From an uncultured Anderseniella sp. (GTDB lineage Bacteria; Pseudomonadota; Alphaproteobacteria; Rhizobiales; Aestuariivirgaceae): a stretch of DNA of 64,000 nucleotides. The stretch covers positions 854,183-918,182 of the forward strand of contig CANKYU010000001.1 of the NCBI GenBank assembly GCA_947488295.1. Direction: 5' to 3'. How positions within the stretch are numbered: the stretch's first letter is position 1; the number at the start of each line of letters is the position of its first letter. Shown in pieces: positions 61,948 through 64,000 of this stretch. The position numbers and the translations under genes were made by a program. Below the pieces are notes generated by a model. The model was given only the letters and a program-made list of their open reading frames with translations. It did no database searches and was not told the DNA's origin.

Positions 61948-62379
61948 TCAGCAGCCCGCGCCGAAGGTAAAGATACAGCCTGTACCCTTGACGGCGCCGT
62001 GGCCGACGGCAGCGACGCCGCGCACGGCGCCTTCACCGATGCGGCCAACACCCTTGAAGGTGCCGGACACCAGGCCGGGAGGACCATGGGCGACCGCGTC
62101 ATCGGCAACCTTGCCGCCGCTTTCGCCGATGCCGTCGCCGACTTCCAGCGCGCCTTGAGCCAGGCCCTTGCCGGCGAAATAGAACCCTTCAGCGACGCCT
62201 TCAACCGGGTCGGGGCCGGGGATGAACTTGTCTTCCGCCGGCGCAGAGTTGTTGTAATTGCCAAACACCGTGACTTCGAGCGGCTTCTTGCCTGCCGCGA
62301 ATACCGGTGATCCGGCAACCGCGAATGCAGCCATGACGCCCAGCACGGCGACAGTGGAGATGATGCGTTTGAACAGCAT
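61948..62379 (-). CDS. Hypothetical secreted Gly/Ala-rich protein ending in C-terminal Cys pair
   Basis: Signal peptide; low-complexity G/A/V repeats; could also be a GC-bias artefact. Confidence 0.35.
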   Translation of the reverse strand: MLFKRIISTVAVLGVMAAFAVAGSPVFAAGKKPLEVTVFGNYNNSAPAEDKFIPGPDPVEGVAEGFYFAGKGLAQGALEVGDGIGESGGKVADDAVAHGPPGLVSGTFKGVGRIGEGAVRGVAAVGHGAVKGTGCIFTFGAGC

Positions 62380-62568
62380 GTCTTATTCCTCCTTATTGAA
62401 CAGTTAGAACAATTTAGACACACATCAGGTGGCGCGGGTTCGGCGGAACTGCGGCGAATGTGTGGGCTCACGTTAAATTCATTTAATCTGTTTCGTTGCA
62501 GTTCCGCCCAAACTGGTGAACAAGACCCTACCGTCCTGTTTCATCCGCGACTGCACAGCTTGCAAACC

Positions 62569-63435
62569 ATGAATTATCGCCATGCATACCACGCCGGGAA
62601 CCATGCTGACGTGCTCAAGCACGTGGTGCTGGCGCGTGCCATCGGGCACCTGGCGCGCAAGGACAAGCCGTTTCGGGTCATCGACGCGCATGCCGGCGTC
62701 GGCCTGTACAGCCTTGCCAGCGATGAGGCAGGCAAGACACTGGAATGGCGCGACGGGCTGGGGCGGCTGTATGATGAAGCAGGCGGGCGGCTGGTGCTGG
62801 ACGATGAAGCGGCGGAAATCCTGTTGTCGCCGTGGCGCGACATGGTCGAGGCGGTGAACTCGCGCGGGCAGGGGCTTTCGTGGTATCCCGGCTCGCCGGA
62901 ACTCTCCGTGCTGCTGACCCGGCCTGACGACAGGCTGGTGTTCAACGAACTGCATCCGGAAGATCAAGCAACGCTGGCCGGACTGTATACCCGTGAAAAG
63001 CGGGTGCGGGTGACGCAGGTAGAAGCAACCATCGCAGTAAAGGCCAACCTGCCGCCGCCAGAACGGCGCGGCATCGTGCTGATCGACCCGCCGTTTGAAA
63101 AGCGCGATGACGATGCGCGCGCACTGGCCATGCTGCAGCAGGGCTACAAGCGCTTTGCCACCGGCTGCTTCATGCTGTGGTATCCGGTGACCGGCGACGG
63201 CCTGTCACGGCGGCTGGTCGAGGCGGCCCGGCAATCCGGGATCAAGCGCATGCTGCAGGTTGAACTGATGGTGCGGCCGGCTCAGATGAGCGGCGGACTG
63301 GCAGGTTCCGGCCTGATCATCGTCAACCCGCCCTGGCCGCTTGCCGAAGAGCTGCCCGGTCTTATGCCGGCTTTGTCGGAGCGCCTGCGCCAGGGCGAGG
63401 CGTCATGGACGGTCGACTGGCTGGCTGGGGAATGA
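62569..63435 (+). CDS. rlmJ: 23S rRNA (adenine2030-N6)-methyltransferase
   Basis: MNYRHAYHAGNHADVLKH N-terminus and DPPFE motif diagnostic of RlmJ. Confidence 0.85.
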   Translation: MNYRHAYHAGNHADVLKHVVLARAIGHLARKDKPFRVIDAHAGVGLYSLASDEAGKTLEWRDGLGRLYDEAGGRLVLDDEAAEILLSPWRDMVEAVNSRGQGLSWYPGSPELSVLLTRPDDRLVFNELHPEDQATLAGLYTREKRVRVTQVEATIAVKANLPPPERRGIVLIDPPFEKRDDDARALAMLQQGYKRFATGCFMLWYPVTGDGLSRRLVEAARQSGIKRMLQVELMVRPAQMSGGLAGSGLIIVNPPWPLAEELPGLMPALSERLRQGEASWTVDWLAGE

Positions 63436-63457
63436 TCTGGGTTGTCTGGACCCTGGA

Positions 63458-63913
63458 CTACTGCTTTTCCTCGTAGTGAGACCAGACCTCGCTGGTGCCA
63501 TCCAGCTTCACCAGCACGACATCGTATGCCTCACGGTATGTGCCCATTTCCATGCCGGGCGAGCCGGCGGGCATGCCCGGGGCCGACAGGCCAATGGCCT
63601 TGGGCCGCTGTTTCAGCAGGCGCTCGATGTCTGCAACCGGAACGTGGCCTTCGATGACATAGCCGTCCACGGTGGCCGTGTGACAGGAGGCATGCTGCGG
63701 CTGGATGCCGAGCTTTATTTTGTGCTGGGCGAGGGAGCCCATGTCCATGTCGGAGGTTTCGACCTTGTGGCCGGCGGCGCGAATGTGCTCGACCCAGGCC
63801 TTGCAGCAGCCACATGACGCCGTCTTCGCCACGTCGAAACTGAGCGTGCCGGCCCATGCCGGTGATGCTGTCATTGCCAAGGTTGCAAGAGCGATGAGGA
63901 AGCTGCGTTTCAT
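63458..63913 (-). CDS. DUF411/CopG-like periplasmic metal-binding protein
   Basis: Signal peptide, CxCC motif (SCGCCKAW), MPxGSPGM-type Met-rich motif (MPAGSPGMEMG). Confidence 0.6.
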   Translation of the reverse strand: MKRSFLIALATLAMTASPAWAGTLSFDVAKTASCGCCKAWVEHIRAAGHKVETSDMDMGSLAQHKIKLGIQPQHASCHTATVDGYVIEGHVPVADIERLLKQRPKAIGLSAPGMPAGSPGMEMGTYREAYDVVLVKLDGTSEVWSHYEEKQ

Positions 63914-64000
63914 GACCAGGTACTTTCAATTGCACAGGTGAATTGGTCCTGCAAAGATGCGCCCACAATTGTGGCAATTCAAGTGTGCAGGAGCAATGCG

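Overview
High-GC (~62%) chromosomal window from a proteobacterium, with an alphaproteobacterium-like gene content and order. It is mostly housekeeping, densely packed, both strands coding.

Identified genes include:
- Nucleotide-excision repair uvrC and uvrB.
- folB with a FolM-like pteridine reductase; pgsA, moaD, ilvE, proC, lgt, pgeF, prs, rplY-pth-ychF.
- The cytochrome bc1 operon petABC.
- A methylthioadenosine/purine salvage cluster: mtnP, add, apt, a LysE exporter, mtnA and a class II aldolase.
- hemF, trmL, rlmJ and a cold-shock protein.
- A MarR-family regulator followed by an OmpR-family response regulator and a sensor histidine kinase.
- Two paralogous MFS transporters in tandem.
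- A class III adenylate cyclase, a large secreted SGNH/GDSL-type hydrolase, a secreted lipase_3 protein and an L,D-transpeptidase.

No rRNA, CRISPR array, integrase or transposase gene was seen.

Non-coding and unusual content:
- Two directly abutting tRNA-like genes on the minus strand whose anticodon loops read UUA (ochre-suppressor-like) and whose stems are AU-rich.
- A ~450 bp gene-free, hairpin-rich segment beside them that ends in a plus-strand intrinsic terminator.
- A two-hairpin intergenic mosaic repeat (RIME-like) in two copies, whose first hairpins differ in sequence yet each remains a perfect palindrome.
- A second palindromic repeat family (GTCATCCCCGTGAAAACGGGGATGAC and ATCCTCGGG..CCCGAGGAT) that flanks a small GIY-YIG nuclease gene as direct repeats and recurs upstream of an enolase-superfamily gene.
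- A ~1.3 kb lower-GC islet carrying a hypothetical membrane protein and a cupin.

Gene starts were chosen by eye from the ORF track, RBS-like purine runs, signal peptides and gene coupling. Several starts, functions and domain-family names (DUF1989, DUF922, DUF411, COQ9-like) are tentative.
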